A stretch of 64,000 nt of DNA from Desulfatiglandales bacterium (GTDB taxonomy: Bacteria; Desulfobacterota; DSM-4660; Desulfatiglandales; HGW-15): the NCBI GenBank assembly GCA_963667015.2, contig CAXXJJ010000004.1:96001-160000 (forward strand), read 5' to 3'. Below the pieces are notes generated by a model, which was not told the origin of the DNA, made no database searches, and saw only the letters and a program-made list of their open reading frames with translations. Shown here in pieces: positions 62,110-64,000 of this stretch. A program made the position numbers and the translations under genes. Each line of letters begins with the position of its first letter. Positions within the stretch are counted from its first letter, which is position 1.

Positions 62110-62629
62110 AGTCAGTACCGGATTTTGCCATCTCAATTTCAGTAATAAGACGATAATTTTCATTCTTTATTTTTAAAAGTTCTGCATCCATTTTCCTTAA
62201 TCTCTCCGCAAGAATTTCTGCGAATATCCGGTAAATCACAGCATTAAATGCGTTTTTCTCATTCCCTTTGAGTTTCTCCGCATATGATGTGTCAATGGCC
62301 AGACATACTGTATTGGAAATGGCAACAATCGAGGCTGATCTGGGAGAGTTATCTATAATTCCCATTTCGCCGAAGATATCTCCGCATCTCCTGAGAACAT
62401 TTATTGTTTCGCCTTCCTTTTGTATGCCTACTTCCCCTTTTAGCAGAAAGTATATCCAACTGCTGTATTCACCTTCAGTTATAATGGTTTCATAAGGATC
62501 ATATTTAATAATTTTACTTGATTTTAAAAGACCTTTTATATCGTCATCTCTTATTAACCCGAGCGGTGTTATAGCGCGCAGTTTTTGTATTATCTCATCA
62601 TTTCCCAGGATATTTCCCTGATCGCCCAT
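62093..62629 (-). CDS. Cyclic-nucleotide-binding domain protein without HTH
   Basis: IITEGE, GDIFGEMG...PRSAS. Confidence 0.88.
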   Translation of the reverse strand: MGDQGNILGNDEIIQKLRAITPLGLIRDDDIKGLLKSSKIIKYDPYETIITEGEYSSWIYFLLKGEVGIQKEGETINVLRRCGDIFGEMGIIDNSPRSASIVAISNTVCLAIDTSYAEKLKGNEKNAFNAVIYRIFAEILAERLRKMDAELLKIKNENYRLITEIEMAKSGTDYEILS

Positions 62630-62655
62630 CTTTATTCTCCTTTTTTGAATTTTTA

Positions 62656-62671
62656 TGCAAAAAACAGGCCT
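62656..62671 (-). promoter_or_regulatory. Putative sigma54 promoter
   Basis: AGGCCTGTTTTTTGCA (GG-N10-GC), correctly placed before the RBS of the cNMP gene. Confidence 0.6.
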
Positions 62672-62935
62672 TGTATTATTTATAGTAATAAATTTTTCTT
62701 ATCATTTAAATTTTCAGTAATGCTCTTAAGCACAATTTTGTGTGCACGGAGCACATAAAACTGTGCAATATTCGAAATTAATCTCTGTGTGTAGTAATTA
62801 TTGGTCCGATATCGCCACTTATTTAAACAGTTAATTATCAAAAAGAATTCTAAAACTCTTTGAAAATATTAATGAAAAAAACTGTAGCGAATTTAAATTT
62901 CTTACTTCTAAACAAATAATAAAGAATTCCTAAGT

Positions 62936-62952
62936 TTGGCATTAAAATTGTA
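62936..62952 (+). promoter_or_regulatory. Putative sigma54 promoter of comEA
   Basis: TTGGCATTAAAATTGTA (GG-N10-GT variant). Confidence 0.45.
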
Positions 62953-63058
62953 TTAACAGTCAATACTCTTCTTTTTTTATCACTACATAATCTATACCGT
63001 CCAAGGAAAAACATTCCTTTGATGGATTATTATTAACCTTTAAAAAGGAGGATTTATT

Positions 63059-63352
63059 ATGCAGAAATGTAATAAAATTAAAGGTTTAGTTGTTGTGGTA
63101 CTGGTTATTGCCTTCGCTTTTGCAGGCATTGTTCAGGCGGCTGATTCAAAAAAGGTTGACCTTAATAAGGCTACCATTGAAGAACTTGTACAGTTAAAAG
63201 GAATAGGTAAAAAATACGCCGAACGGATAATTGAGTATAGAGAACAGAATGGTAAATTTACGAAGACAGAGGATATAATGAACGTAAAAGGCATTGGCCA
63301 GAAGAAATTCGAGGCAATTAAAGAGTATATTTTCGTAAAGGCTGATAAATAG
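63059..63352 (+). CDS. comEA: ComEA-family helix-hairpin-helix DNA-binding protein
   Basis: Signal peptide; VDLNKAT.EEL..LKGIG..YA..I; VKGIG. Confidence 0.9.
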   Translation: MQKCNKIKGLVVVVLVIAFAFAGIVQAADSKKVDLNKATIEELVQLKGIGKKYAERIIEYREQNGKFTKTEDIMNVKGIGQKKFEAIKEYIFVKADK

Positions 63353-63362
63353 ATCTTTTATA

Positions 63363-63404
63363 AAATCCATTCCGGAGCATGATTGCCTCCCGGAATGGAT
63401 TTTT
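63363..63404 (+). terminator. Intrinsic terminator
   Basis: AAATCCATTCCGG...CCGGAATGGATTTTT. Confidence 0.8.
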
Positions 63405-63539
63405 CCACTCCTCTTATTCTTTCCAGATTTTTTAAAGAAGTGCAGTCAGTCAAAGAGGGTTTTAAACTTGACTCAACCTGTATTATTCTGGTAAAAAATA
63501 TTTTAAATTAACTTTCTTTTACCAAAAAAATACCAAATA

Positions 63540-64000
63540 ATGAAAAATATTGATCATTCATTTATAACTCATTCCAACAAGCAGAGCCTTGAAAAGGAAA
63601 GGAATTTTATTCACCATAATAACCTTTTTGTAGTTATAGATGGTGTGGGCAGGGATTACCTTCGTACAAAAGCTGCCAATCTGGCATACAGTGTCATCAT
63701 GGAAACCTTCTACAGGAATTTAGAAGAAAACAATTCTCCTGGTGATGCAATTTTTACCGCACTAAAAAAGGCAAACAGGGCTATTCTTGAAGAAAGAATC
63801 AAAATCAATGAGAAAATGGCTGCATCAGTATGTATCCTTTATATTGAGGGCAGCATAATGTATTTTTCTCATCTTGGTGATGCCAGAATATATTCCTATC
63901 AGGATAATGAGCTGAATCAGCTTACACGGGATCACACTCTAAGGGAAGAAGATCCTTTTGCCGAAAAACGTTATAATGATCCTCGTGCACTCCAGGCTTT
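63540..64000 (+). CDS. PP2C-family phosphatase-like protein (partial, runs off the window)
   Basis: Hand translation from ATG 63540: LFVVIDGVG, ALKKAN, SHLGDARIY, QLTRDHT. Confidence 0.8.
   Translation, partial: MKNIDHSFITHSNKQSLEKERNFIHHNNLFVVIDGVGRDYLRTKAANLAYSVIMETFYRNLEENNSPGDAIFTALKKANRAILEERIKINEKMAASVCILYIEGSIMYFSHLGDARIYSYQDNELNQLTRDHTLREEDPFAEKRYNDPRALQA

Noticed and set aside
431..62495. Numerous short ORFs antisense to or overlapping the main genes
   Set aside because: Shadow frames of well-supported CDSs, with no motifs
1..64000. CRISPR array, tRNA, rRNA, intact IS, integrase or prophage
   Set aside because: No regularly spaced repeats, cloverleaf structures or recombinase/phage genes seen by eye

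Overview
An AT-rich bacterial chromosomal window. Gene content suggests an anaerobic deltaproteobacterium (Desulfobacterota-like); this is inference. From start to end it holds: three tandem ABC-2-type permeases and two membrane PDZ paralogues; an accessory tract (about 9.7-26 kb) with several truncated or internally deleted genes, a 1395-aa Cache-like membrane protein and a chimeric adenylate cyclase; pabA and a pabB-pabC fusion behind a structured leader; a leuA-leuC-leuD-ilvB-ilvN-ilvC cluster with an Ile/Leu/Val leader-peptide attenuator absent from the ORF track; djlA, a HAD phosphatase, dinB and an extended rpiB; glgA divergent from a GT2 (Ggs-like)-USP-DUF2914-like-cdaA/YbbR-pyk-pfk operon; a cyclase-fold/TPR orphan; hcp; three cupin paralogues; an HDOD/PilZ kinase pair; comEA; and a partial PP2C gene. 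I saw no tRNA, rRNA, CRISPR array or intact transposase/integrase. The best leads are the c-di-AMP/osmolyte/glycolysis operon, the pabA leader RNA, the large Cache-like sensor without an output domain, and NrdR-like boxes before a kinase gene. All family calls come from reading motifs by eye; no database searches were run.
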